DNA of 64,000 nt from Alphaproteobacteria bacterium (lineage in GTDB: Bacteria > Pseudomonadota > Alphaproteobacteria > Caedimonadales > UBA1908): positions 67,001 to 131,000 of the forward strand of contig JAJTHL010000003.1 in the NCBI GenBank assembly GCA_021298595.1, written 5' to 3'. This document shows positions 1-8,857 of the stretch, piece after piece; the first letter of the stretch is position 1; each line of letters starts with the position of its first letter. The position numbers and the translations under genes were made by a program. The notes under the pieces are model-generated. The model saw only the letters and a program-made list of their open reading frames with translations. It made no database searches and was not told where the DNA came from.

Positions 1-2
1 AA

Positions 3-176
3 AAACAAAATCCTCCTTCAACAAGCGCTGAATTGGCACACGAGCAGATTCGCAAAAATGTACAGATTGCTCAGAAAATGGCCCTGAGATTCTCAAAAGA
101 TATTTCTGACACGGCTGAAAAAGAGCATCTCAACCGCAAGGAGCTTCTTAAACGTGTTATGGCCTTTCTTGAATAA
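3..176 (+). CDS. 3-prime end of an unidentified gene that runs off the window start (partial)
   Basis: The frame is open from the window edge to TAA at 174-176 (...ELAHEQIRKNVQIAQKMALRFSKDISDTAEKEHLNRKELLKRVMAFLE*). No family recognised. Confidence 0.3.
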   Translation, partial: KQNPPSTSAELAHEQIRKNVQIAQKMALRFSKDISDTAEKEHLNRKELLKRVMAFLE

Positions 177-178
177 AT

Positions 179-207
179 AGACAGACCGAAATAAACAGAC
201 AGACCGA
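179..207. repeat. 11-nt direct repeat AGACAGACCGA x2 (179-189 and 197-207) upstream of pstS
   Basis: Two exact copies are read directly, and a related ATCACAG follows at 213-219. On the opposite strand these read CTGTCT/CTGTGAT, loosely like Pho-box half sites. Function unproven. Confidence 0.5.
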
Positions 208-296
208 CGAAAATCACAGCTTTTCTTAGAAAGAAATATTTTGTTAATCATTAATTAAATTTTTAAGTTTATGCTCGCTTTTCGTTACCTTCGTTG

Positions 297-1376
297 ATGG
301 AGATCATAATGGCATTTCGATTCTTACCGCTCGCTCTTACGTGCTTTTTAACATTCCTCACCCCACAGCAGGCTGCTTGCAGTGAAAAAGCAGCCCCCAA
401 AGAAATTACCGGCGCAGGCGCCACATTTCCCTACCCCCTTTACGCTAAATGGGCGGAGGCTTATCAAAAGGAAACCAACACACAACTTAACTACCAGTCC
501 ATAGGATCGGGCGGAGGTATCAAGCAAATAAAAGCAGGCACAGTGAACTTTGGTGCCAGCGATAAACCGCTTAATGATAAAGATTTAAAAGATAGTAACC
601 TCATGCAATTCCCAGCAACCATCGGGGGTATTGTTCCCATCTTTAACATCAAGGGTATAGATAGAATCACCCTGGATGGGCAAACACTGGGGGCTATTTT
701 TTCTGGTAAAATCACAAAGTGGAACGACGAAGCTCTTGCAGCTTTGAATCCTGGTGTCAGACTTCCCGATGAGGCAATCGTGGTTGTCCACCGCTCCGAT
801 GGATCTGGCACAACTTTTCTTTTTAGCCACTACCTGTTTGATGTGAGCAATGACTGGAAGGCCACACAGGGGTGGGACGCAAAAAATCCAGATAAAGTAA
901 AGCCCGACTCCACAGCTCAGTGGCCAAATGGGAGTATTGCTGGCAAAGGAAATGAAGGTGTTGCAGGAATGGTATCTAATACGCCCAACAGCATTGGCTA
1001 TGTTGAATATGCCTTCGCCACTGAAAACAAATTGACTCACACGGTGCTCAAAAATAAAGAGGGTGAAGTGGTTGAGCCGAGTGTTGAAGCCTTTAGTGCC
1101 GCAGCCGAAAATGTGGACTGGTCAAAAGCACCCTCATTTTACGTGATTATGACAAATCAACCGGGTAAAATGAGTTGGCCCATTACAGGAGCAAGCTTCA
1201 TTTTGCTCCGCACAGAAGACACTTATAAGGATAAAAACAAAGAAGTCTGCCAGTTTTTTAACTGGGCTTTTAAAAATGGACAAGAAATGGCGACGGATCT
1301 TCACTATATTCCCTTGCCCGCCTCGCTCGTCACACTCATCGAGAAATCTTGGCAAGATCATAAGATTGCGCCGTAA
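297..1376 (+). CDS. pstS: Phosphate ABC transporter substrate-binding protein PstS
   Basis: Signal peptide followed by GAGATFPYPLYAKWAEAY...YQSIGSGGGIKQI...FGASDKPL, typical of PstS. First gene of a pstSCAB operon. Start uncertain: TTG 294, ATG 297, or ATG 309 preceded by GGAG. Confidence 0.95.
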   Translation: MEIIMAFRFLPLALTCFLTFLTPQQAACSEKAAPKEITGAGATFPYPLYAKWAEAYQKETNTQLNYQSIGSGGGIKQIKAGTVNFGASDKPLNDKDLKDSNLMQFPATIGGIVPIFNIKGIDRITLDGQTLGAIFSGKITKWNDEALAALNPGVRLPDEAIVVVHRSDGSGTTFLFSHYLFDVSNDWKATQGWDAKNPDKVKPDSTAQWPNGSIAGKGNEGVAGMVSNTPNSIGYVEYAFATENKLTHTVLKNKEGEVVEPSVEAFSAAAENVDWSKAPSFYVIMTNQPGKMSWPITGASFILLRTEDTYKDKNKEVCQFFNWAFKNGQEMATDLHYIPLPASLVTLIEKSWQDHKIAP

Positions 1377-1462
1377 CCTTATACCCCACGCGGTCTCTAG
1401 TCCAAAAAGAGACCGCATGCTCTCGACACAAAAACAGTGGTTTCTTTTTTCATAGGTCTGCC

Positions 1463-2383
1463 ATGCTTGATCGTTTTTTCCAAGGAATCAGTTTGGGTGC
1501 CACCACCCTACTCCTTGCCTTGATTGGGGTCATTCTGGTCAGCCTGATCATAGGGGGGTCACTGTGTCTAGAAACATTTGGCTGGCGATTCTTGCTATCC
1601 TCCGCCTGGAACCCAGCCGCAGAAGAATTCGGTGCGCTCGCCCCCGTTCTTGGGACGCTTACGACCACAACCCTTGCCCTCATTTTTGCCATTCCCACGA
1701 GTTTTTTTGTGGCCTATGCCCTGAGTGAGTACATTCCTTATTTTTTTAGGTTGCCCCTCACCATTCTCACAGAACTTTTGGCGGTTATTCCCAGTATAAT
1801 ATATGGCATGTGGGGTCTGTTTATCTTTATTCCCTTTATCGGGATTGACCTTACAAGTTGGCTTGCACAAAACTTAGGTTCTCAACTTGTGATTGGAAGC
1901 CTCTTTCATGGCCCCTCATCAGGAATATCAGTCCTAACAGCTGGTCTTGTGCTGTCTTTGATGATTGTGCCCTTTATTACGATTACCTTTAAAGACGCGT
2001 TTGATCTTGTTCCCTTTACCTTAAAGGAATCAGGTTATGCCCTTGGGTGCACTCACTGGGAAATGATTTGGAACATTATGGTCCCTTATACCAGAGCACA
2101 GCTTATTGGCGGCGCCATGCTCGGCCTTACACGCGCCCTTGGCGAAACCATGGCCGTCGCCTTTGTCATTGGAAATGCATATAACGTCACGGCCTCCCTT
2201 CTCCACCCTGGCACCACTATTTCTTCTTCTTTAGCCAACGAATTCACCGAAGCCGAATCGGAACTTTATACGTCCTCTCTCGTCACCATTGGTCTCATTT
2301 TATTTGCCGTCACCTTCGTCGTCTCAGGAAGTGCAAGACTTCTTTTAAGGCGCCTGTCACGCCCAGGAGATCGATCTTCATGA
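1463..2383 (+). CDS. pstC: Phosphate ABC transporter permease PstC
   Basis: Polytopic membrane protein with the permease EAA-type loop (LGLTRALGETMAV). Position between pstS and pstA. Its TGA stop overlaps the pstA ATG (ATGA). Confidence 0.93.
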   Translation: MLDRFFQGISLGATTLLLALIGVILVSLIIGGSLCLETFGWRFLLSSAWNPAAEEFGALAPVLGTLTTTTLALIFAIPTSFFVAYALSEYIPYFFRLPLTILTELLAVIPSIIYGMWGLFIFIPFIGIDLTSWLAQNLGSQLVIGSLFHGPSSGISVLTAGLVLSLMIVPFITITFKDAFDLVPFTLKESGYALGCTHWEMIWNIMVPYTRAQLIGGAMLGLTRALGETMAVAFVIGNAYNVTASLLHPGTTISSSLANEFTEAESELYTSSLVTIGLILFAVTFVVSGSARLLLRRLSRPGDRSS

Positions 2384-3228
2384 ATGCTCATCTCGTTCGC
2401 ATGCGTCGTCTCAAAACCATGATCAGCAAAATTTTTGCTTTTGTTTTTCTTACCTTAATGCTCTTTTTTTTAGGATGGATCTTAGCCACCCTAATTACCA
2501 AAGGCATAGAAGGGTTCAGCTTACAACTATTTACTCAAATGACGCCGCCACCAGGCAGTCAGGGCGGTCTTCTTAATGCCATCGTGGGGAGTCTTCTTAT
2601 GGTCACCGCTGCGACCTTTTGTAGTGGGATTTTGGCATTCTTTATCGCTGTATATTTTTCAGAATACGGATCTAGAAGCCCTTTGACCCCCCTTTCCCGA
2701 TTCATGACAAATATTCTTTTAACAGCGCCTTCGGTGATTGTTGGCCTTTTTGTGTACGATATTTATGTCGTGCCAGCTGGTCACTTTTCCTCGTGGGCAG
2801 GTGCTCTTTCTCTTATGATTATCGCGCTACCTGTTATTATTAATACAACCGACAACGTGTTTTCCCTCGTGCCCCATGAATTAAGAGAAGCCGCCGTCGC
2901 CCTTGGAGCGCCCAGATGGAAAATAATTTGGAAGATTTTATTGCCCCTGACGAAAACAGGCTTCATATCAGGTGTGATTTTGTCTGTGGCACGCATTAGC
3001 GGAGAAACAGCCCCCCTTTTGTTTACTGCCCTTAATAATCAGTTTTGGAGCCTAAACATGAACAAACCCATGGCAAGCTTACCGGTTGTAATCTTTCAAT
3101 ATGGTATGAGCCCTTATAAAGACTGGCAACATTTGGGATGGGCAGGTGCCCTTCTTTTGACCGTCTTTGTTTTTACTCTGAATATTCTTGTACGGATATT
3201 TTTTAGGCGAAAAATTGTTATACGTTAG
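2380..3228 (+). CDS. pstA: Phosphate ABC transporter permease PstA
   Basis: Membrane permease with REAAVALGAPRWKII...ARISGETAPLLFT. Start is translationally coupled to the pstC stop. Confidence 0.93.
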   Translation: MNAHLVRMRRLKTMISKIFAFVFLTLMLFFLGWILATLITKGIEGFSLQLFTQMTPPPGSQGGLLNAIVGSLLMVTAATFCSGILAFFIAVYFSEYGSRSPLTPLSRFMTNILLTAPSVIVGLFVYDIYVVPAGHFSSWAGALSLMIIALPVIINTTDNVFSLVPHELREAAVALGAPRWKIIWKILLPLTKTGFISGVILSVARISGETAPLLFTALNNQFWSLNMNKPMASLPVVIFQYGMSPYKDWQHLGWAGALLLTVFVFTLNILVRIFFRRKIVIR

Positions 3229-3242
3229 GAAAGTCTTACACC

Positions 3243-3998
3243 ATGGAATCCCCCAAACTAAACGTGCAAAATCTTGATTTCTTTTATGGAAAAAACCAGG
3301 TGTTGCATAAGATCAACCTGGGTGTCCACGCGCATACCGTCACTGCTCTCATGGGACACTCAGGGAGCGGCAAATCAACGCTTATCAGGACCTTTAACCG
3401 TATTTACGAATTATCCCCAGGAAGCCTGTCTGTTGGTGAGATTCACTTTGCTGGTCTTCAAATTTTAGATTCTCAAACAGATCTTTTTTCTCTTAGACGT
3501 CGTATTGGAATGGTTTTTCAAAAACCTACCCCCTTTCCCATGAGCATTTTTGACAATATCGCCTTTGGCGTGGCCCTTTATGAAAAACTCTCAAAACCTG
3601 AGATGGCGTCACGCGTCACATGGGCTCTTGAGAAAGCTGGACTTTGGACAGAGGTTAAGGACAAACTCGCCGCCAGCAGCCTAGCGTTATCCCAAGGACA
3701 GCAGCAGCGCCTGTGTATCGCCAGGACCATTGCCATTAAACCAGAAGTTCTTCTCTTGGACGAACCCACAGCTTCACTGGACCCCTTATCCACAAGTACT
3801 ATTGAGGACCTGATCTTAGAACTTAAAAACGAATATACAATCGTCCTTGTCACCCACAATCTCAAGCAAGCAAAAAGAATCGCTGATATAACAGCCCATA
3901 TGCACCACGGCGAAATCATTACCTGTGGCCCCACGTCTCTTGTGTTTTCAAATCCCGATCATCCCATCACAAAAAAGTATATTGAGTTTGCTGATTAA
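3243..3998 (+). CDS. pstB: Phosphate ABC transporter ATP-binding protein PstB
   Basis: Walker A GHSGSGKST, signature LSQGQQQRLCIAR, Walker B LLLDEPTASLD, and the PstB-typical FQKPTPFPMSIFDNIAFG. Confidence 0.96.
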   Translation: MESPKLNVQNLDFFYGKNQVLHKINLGVHAHTVTALMGHSGSGKSTLIRTFNRIYELSPGSLSVGEIHFAGLQILDSQTDLFSLRRRIGMVFQKPTPFPMSIFDNIAFGVALYEKLSKPEMASRVTWALEKAGLWTEVKDKLAASSLALSQGQQQRLCIARTIAIKPEVLLLDEPTASLDPLSTSTIEDLILELKNEYTIVLVTHNLKQAKRIADITAHMHHGEIITCGPTSLVFSNPDHPITKKYIEFAD

Positions 3999-4080
3999 GG
4001 AGGCTCACGCGGCGCCTTGTCTGGGCTTGTCTCTCCTGCTAGCTTAAGGGAATGTTGTGTTGAGCCCATGCCATAAAAAA

Positions 4081-5124
4081 ATGCCCCTTGACCCTAATGC
4101 CATTACCGTCACAGCCCCCCCTCATTCTCCTGAGGACATCGACCCATTCCTTTACCCCGCATCCCCTGCCCTTGAGGAGGGATACCTGACCGTTTCTCAG
4201 CGCCATAGTTTGTGGTACGCAACCTATGGAAATCCCAAGGGTATCCCGCTTGTGTTTCTGCACGGCGGCCCCGGGGCGGGGTGTCACGATTTTGTGGCAA
4301 AACTTTTTGATCCTGAGACTTACTACCTGATTCTTTTGGATCAACGAGGGGCGGGGCGTTCTCGTCCTTGGGGAGTACTCGAGGAAAACACAACGCAAAA
4401 TCTTATCTGTGATCTAGAAAAACTAAGAGCGCATCTTGCTCTTTCAAAATGGGCCCTGACAGGCGGCTCTTGGGGATCAACCCTCGCCCTTGCCTATGGG
4501 CAGGCGCATCCAGAGCGGTGTTTGGGATTTCTTTTGCGGGGTGTCTACTTGGGTGACCGCGCGGCCCTTGATCATTTTTGGTACGGCACCCGAACTCTTT
4601 TTCCCGAAGCCTGGGAAAAGCTTAGCTGCTTTATTCCCGAAAACGAACGCAGCGATCTTGTGCGTGCCTATCACAAGCGCACCAATGGCCAAAACTCAGC
4701 AGACCAAAAAGACGCTATCGCGGCCTTGATGAACTTTGATTTGACCTTGAGTTTTTTCCACATCACGCCTTTTGAGGTTGAAAAAATTCTGACAAAAGAA
4801 AAAAATATGGTGGACTTTGTTGCCCGCGCTTTTATGCATTACGCCGCCAATGATTTTTTTCTTTCAGAAGGACAGCTTTTGGAAAACATCGGGGTGATTT
4901 CACACCTTCCATGCTTTATCGTCCATAGCAGATATGACGCGCTGTGCCGCGTGGCGGGTGCTTACGATCTTTTCGCTCGTTGGCCAGGCGCTCATCTGAC
5001 CATTGTTTCCGAGGCCGGACACGCCAGCATGGAACCTGAAACCGTCAAAGCCATGATAAGCGCCGGCAATGACCTTAAAAACTGTCTCCTAGAGCGCGTG
5101 CCTCTATATAAAAAAGCGCTTTAG
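4081..5124 (+). CDS. pip: Prolyl aminopeptidase (proline iminopeptidase), alpha/beta hydrolase
   Basis: LHGGPGAG oxyanion motif, nucleophile elbow GGSWGSTLALAY, RGVYL and a C-terminal AGHA. An alternative GTG start lies at 4057. Confidence 0.9.
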   Translation: MPLDPNAITVTAPPHSPEDIDPFLYPASPALEEGYLTVSQRHSLWYATYGNPKGIPLVFLHGGPGAGCHDFVAKLFDPETYYLILLDQRGAGRSRPWGVLEENTTQNLICDLEKLRAHLALSKWALTGGSWGSTLALAYGQAHPERCLGFLLRGVYLGDRAALDHFWYGTRTLFPEAWEKLSCFIPENERSDLVRAYHKRTNGQNSADQKDAIAALMNFDLTLSFFHITPFEVEKILTKEKNMVDFVARAFMHYAANDFFLSEGQLLENIGVISHLPCFIVHSRYDALCRVAGAYDLFARWPGAHLTIVSEAGHASMEPETVKAMISAGNDLKNCLLERVPLYKKAL

Positions 5125-5783
5125 GCGCCGGGATAATGCACACCGTCCCGCCCAGTTATCAGGACTGCTGGCTCTAAAAGCTTACCTTCCTTATAATGCG
5201 CCACGCGGTACGCAGTGCCGTCGGCATAGTAATAAACGAGGCGCCCATCTTTTAGATCATTTTTAAAATCAATGGTTTTCATCAACTCACCCGTGGGGTA
5301 GAAATTACGGCACTCTCCCTCACGGCGGTCATTGACATAAGGCATGATCCGCGTAATTTTTCCCGTCTCATCAAAAGACACCATGTCCCCATGTTTGCGG
5401 TCTTCAACATAGTCTATCGTATTCACTAAATTTCCACCACTATCATAGAAAACGGCTTTGCCGTGCTTCTTGCCTTCGAGATAGGGCATCATGGCGCACA
5501 AATTGCCCCGTCTGTATACTTCCATACAGCCGTCAAGTTTTCCTTCCTTGTGGCTTGTAACCCGGGATACCTCTCCTTCTTTATCATACTTCAAGGAAAT
5601 CCCATGGGGCTTACCATTGGCAACAGAAAGTCTTGCCCGCACACGCCCTTGTTGATCGAACCGCTCTAACACACCGTCCACAAGACCACGCCTGTGCTCT
5701 TGGCGCGCCCGAAGGCGACCACTTGGATCGTAATGTTCTTTTGTGCCGTTCATTTGCACGGCTAGCGACTTTTTTTCAGCCAT
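5121..5783 (-). CDS. MORN-repeat-variant protein (YwqK-family, immunity/antitoxin-like)
   Basis: Seven to eight tandem units of about 23 aa of the type G(K/R)xHGxxxxYxxxGxlxxxxxY (e.g. GKPHGISLKYDKEGEV, GKKHGKAVFYDSGGNL, DRKHGDMVSFDETGKI, DLKDGRLVYYYADGT). Lies 18 nt downstream of the DUF4280 gene. Confidence 0.8.
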   Translation of the reverse strand: MAEKKSLAVQMNGTKEHYDPSGRLRARQEHRRGLVDGVLERFDQQGRVRARLSVANGKPHGISLKYDKEGEVSRVTSHKEGKLDGCMEVYRRGNLCAMMPYLEGKKHGKAVFYDSGGNLVNTIDYVEDRKHGDMVSFDETGKITRIMPYVNDRREGECRNFYPTGELMKTIDFKNDLKDGRLVYYYADGTAYRVAHYKEGKLLEPAVLITGRDGVHYPGA

Positions 5784-5801
5784 GAATGCCCCCTGTCCCT
5801 A

Positions 5802-6179
5802 TTAAACAAAAACCGTAAAATTCATGGGGTCGAGGATCATCACAAATCCCGGACCCACATCGTCTGCGCCTCCTGTGACCACTGCCAAGACCGCTGACAC
5901 AGTGAGGCACGGCGCAATGGAAATTTGTGGGAGCGAAGGTATGCCGTCAAAAAGGACTGTGGGATCACCTGCTATCCACATGAATGTTCCCGGTGCACAA
6001 ATCCCCAAGATGTCGCAAGCGGGAAAGCTAGGAATATTCGCCTCGGGAATGGCATCGATGATTGTGCCTGCAATACTACCCTCCACAAAGAGGGGAATAG
6101 GATCCGTGATCAGTTCTGTGGGCCCAGGACTAAGAGTGCACTGAATTTGTGCGCCCATCACTGTTTCAAGTCCTAGCAT
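5802..6179 (-). CDS. DUF4280 (PAAR-like) domain protein
   Basis: Matches the pattern GAxxxCxxxPGPxxL...D..PxxNIPxFxxC....C.P....W..G.PTV...G.P.L......C, as in DUF4280 PAAR-like proteins. Perfect SD AAGGAGG lies 5 nt upstream of the ATG. Confidence 0.75.
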   Translation of the reverse strand: MLGLETVMGAQIQCTLSPGPTELITDPIPLFVEGSIAGTIIDAIPEANIPSFPACDILGICAPGTFMWIAGDPTVLFDGIPSLPQISIAPCLTVSAVLAVVTGGADDVGPGFVMILDPMNFTVFV

Positions 6180-6234
6180 TTTGCCTCCTTTGCTGTTTTT
6201 TTACTTTTTTTGTCATCCAATCCTTGTGAATGAT

Positions 6235-7029
6235 CTAATGAATATATGATTTTAGAACCCCCATACGGAACGGCGCGCTGGAAACCGACATTTCTCCCGA
6301 GAAGGGGTAATCCAAATTAAAAGCAATGGATACGTTAAAGGCAATCACCATAATGACAAGGCTCACACAAACCACGTGAACGCCTTTATCTCGCTCAGAG
6401 AGAAGGGATAAAAGAAAAGTAATGATGAAGATGCCCAAGACTAAAAAAAAGCGAAGAGGCTCTGTTAAAACACTTTCAATGGCATCGATGCGTTCATGAC
6501 GTTTTTCAAGAAATAAATCTGCACTTTTCACAAGAGAGGCATAAAAGGCTTTCTCCCCATCTGTTTTGGGGGTCACGGTTAACAAAGATTTTAGCAGATC
6601 AACAGCCGCACTTTCTGCTTCTGGGGATGAATGACCCACCCTCATGAGAGGCCACTCTTGGCTCACTACAAGATTGACGTATTTCCCAATACGTTCATCA
6701 AGTTCGTTCTGTTGATGTGGCGCCAGTGCTGACTTGTGGTGAACGATCGACATTAAATGATTTGCTTCCGCTGAAACCAGGGACTCTGCATGATTAAAGC
6801 TCTGCCATAGCACAATGACAACAAACCCAAGAAAAAATCCGTAGTTTGCACTGGCTATCACAGCAATGGTCGGCAGATATGAGTTATTTTCCTTGTGAAT
6901 CCAGTGGGATAGTTTTCTTTTTACAAAGAAAAAAACTAAACTTGCGCATGACATAAAAAAGAGAACGCACACCAAAATGCAAGCCCACGCAGGCAAGACG
7001 TTCATTATGAAGCGCGTCATCTCCCCCAT
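6235..7029 (-). CDS. Membrane protein, DUF4239-like (bestrophin-like topology)
   Basis: One N-terminal TM helix plus a second TM, a soluble helical middle (EANHLMSIV...YVNLVVSQEWPLM) and two C-terminal TM helices. The family call is from memory of DUF4239 architecture. Confidence 0.6.
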   Translation of the reverse strand: MGEMTRFIMNVLPAWACILVCVLFFMSCASLVFFFVKRKLSHWIHKENNSYLPTIAVIASANYGFFLGFVVIVLWQSFNHAESLVSAEANHLMSIVHHKSALAPHQQNELDERIGKYVNLVVSQEWPLMRVGHSSPEAESAAVDLLKSLLTVTPKTDGEKAFYASLVKSADLFLEKRHERIDAIESVLTEPLRFFLVLGIFIITFLLSLLSERDKGVHVVCVSLVIMVIAFNVSIAFNLDYPFSGEMSVSSAPFRMGVLKSYIH

Positions 7030-7113
7030 ACTCCCCCCGTTTATCTTTATGTCGTCACTTTATCATACAAACATAGCGTTACATATTTTATGACACGGCG
7101 CTACTACAAAGCG

Positions 7114-7797
7114 TTACTGGGCTTCAAGTTCTGGGGCTGACTCTGGCGGTTCCTCTTCCACTCCCTCAAGGCCGCGGTGGAACGCGTCGAGTTGAGCTTT
7201 CTCTTCCATTGGCGAAGGGGCAGCATAAGTTTTGTCAGGCACGTCCTCAGGGGGAAGTGGCCCCGTATTAACGGCGCGTTTTGCAGCAGAAGAGGATGCA
7301 ATGTCAGCGAGTCCCGCTGTCCGTTTGGAGGACTCATCGGTGGAAAGAGAGCCAACGATCACTGTGCTCTCAAGACTTTCTTTGGAGGTAGGCCCTTCAC
7401 ACCCCACAAGCCAAATATCGTATACAGGATGTTCCATGGCGGAAATGGAGGGGGCAGAGGCAAACATCCATCCAGTAAAAATCGGTAGTTTTTCATCTCC
7501 CTTACTAGTTTCCGTGATTTCAAGAAAGGCAAGCGCCTCTGGAGGATCCTCTGGGAGCGAGGTGCGACACTGTCTTGCCGTTATTTGAAGTTTACCAAAT
7601 TTAGCTTCTTCACCGATGGCAAGCTCTAACGTCTGCACATGACCCGTGACCTTATCAAGACCCCGTAGAGTCAGTTTCTTGGCCAGCAGCGGTACTTTTT
7701 GTTGAGCGATACTGTGATTTAAAGAAGTAAATCCACTTTGAGGAAAGAACCCCAAAAGACTGGTCATGAGAACTTTAAGAGTGTTTTTCATGGGCAT
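7114..7797 (-). CDS. DUF2155 domain protein with a long Pro/Glu/Ser-rich C-terminal tail
   Basis: Signal peptide, then LRGLDKVTGHVQTLELAIGEEAKFGKLQITARQC...ALAFLEI, typical of DUF2155. Conserved alphaproteobacterial position after mlaD. Confidence 0.75.
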   Translation of the reverse strand: MPMKNTLKVLMTSLLGFFPQSGFTSLNHSIAQQKVPLLAKKLTLRGLDKVTGHVQTLELAIGEEAKFGKLQITARQCRTSLPEDPPEALAFLEITETSKGDEKLPIFTGWMFASAPSISAMEHPVYDIWLVGCEGPTSKESLESTVIVGSLSTDESSKRTAGLADIASSSAAKRAVNTGPLPPEDVPDKTYAAPSPMEEKAQLDAFHRGLEGVEEEPPESAPELEAQ

Positions 7798-8257
7798 CTT
7801 TTGCTTTATCTTGATCTTTTTTATTGCTAAAGATCAGCTGACCAATCATCGCCTCAAGGCTGACAGACGCTTGTGTATGGGCAATCACGTCACCTGACTT
7901 TAGGTTGGCGTCATCCCCCCCTGGCACAAGAGCAATATACTTACCCCCCAAAAGACCGTCGGTGACGATTTCAGCAGACGAATCTTTTGGAAGCTTGATG
8001 TCTTGGGTGACGCTTAACTTGATGACTGCAAGAAACGTGGTTGGATCTATGGACATACTTTTAATAGCGCCTACCTTCACCCCACTTAAGCGCACATCAT
8101 TCCCGACCTGTAAGCCGTCCACACGGTCAAAACGCGCCAAGAACTCTTGCCCGCCTTTATCATGATACCCGCTACTGTTATAGGCGAAAACAAGAAAAAA
8201 AGCGGCCACACCCAACACAACTGCGCCCATGATTGTTTCGATGGCATTCTGAGACAT
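7775..8257 (-). CDS. mlaD: Outer-membrane lipid asymmetry maintenance protein MlaD (MCE domain)
   Basis: N-terminal TM anchor (ETIMGAVVLGVAAFFLVFAY) plus an MCE domain (FDRVDGLQVGNDVRLSGVKVG). Lies between the NDUFA12-like and DUF2155 genes. Confidence 0.88.
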   Translation of the reverse strand: MSQNAIETIMGAVVLGVAAFFLVFAYNSSGYHDKGGQEFLARFDRVDGLQVGNDVRLSGVKVGAIKSMSIDPTTFLAVIKLSVTQDIKLPKDSSAEIVTDGLLGGKYIALVPGGDDANLKSGDVIAHTQASVSLEAMIGQLIFSNKKDQDKAKDAHEKHS

Positions 8258-8274
8258 GAAAAACTTAATCCTAA

Positions 8275-8634
8275 CTATGCATCACTGCCTTTGTTTGAAG
8301 ATGAAGGCACCCAAGCCGTATAAGACTTTTTAATCTTGCTGGACGGATTAAGCAAGCTTCCTTTTGGTTTGTGGGCGTGCGTCGTACCCGTCAAGTTCTG
8401 AAGATGTTTCTTTTGCCAACTATGCCTCGGTCGGTTAAGGGGGTTTTCGTAAGTAAAGTGGAGCCATCCATGCCATTCCGGAGGTACTTTTGAGGCATCT
8501 GGTTCTGTGGCAAAAGTTACCCAGCGTTTAGGAGGGCGATCGGGTTTCGAAAAGAGGAACTTTTCTTCGAAGTAACGGTTACCGTATGCATCTTGTCCCA
8601 CAAATCGCCCTTTTATCCAGGTGCGAATTTTCAT
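8275..8634 (-). CDS. NADH:ubiquinone oxidoreductase subunit NDUFA12-family protein
   Basis: GQDAYGNRYFEEK...RWVTFA...DASKVPPEWHGWLHFTYENP matches the NDUFA12/B17.2 family. The start could be 8643 or 8634. Confidence 0.88.
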   Translation of the reverse strand: MKIRTWIKGRFVGQDAYGNRYFEEKFLFSKPDRPPKRWVTFATEPDASKVPPEWHGWLHFTYENPLNRPRHSWQKKHLQNLTGTTHAHKPKGSLLNPSSKIKKSYTAWVPSSSNKGSDA

Positions 8635-8857
8635 AATAATCATAGACGTTCTACCGCAAGATCTTGTGCTAGCAGCAATTATGACAGCACGCGCCCGCGA
8701 CGTCCACGCTTACTTTCATTCGGTTGGCAGTTTACAACTTCTTTTTTCTTGTAAAGACACTTTTTGCTCCTTTTTGAAAACATGATTCTATGCTAGTAAA
8801 AATCCATCTCCCAGGTTTGCACGCGCCTTATCAAAAGCCAAAGGATACGATGATATT

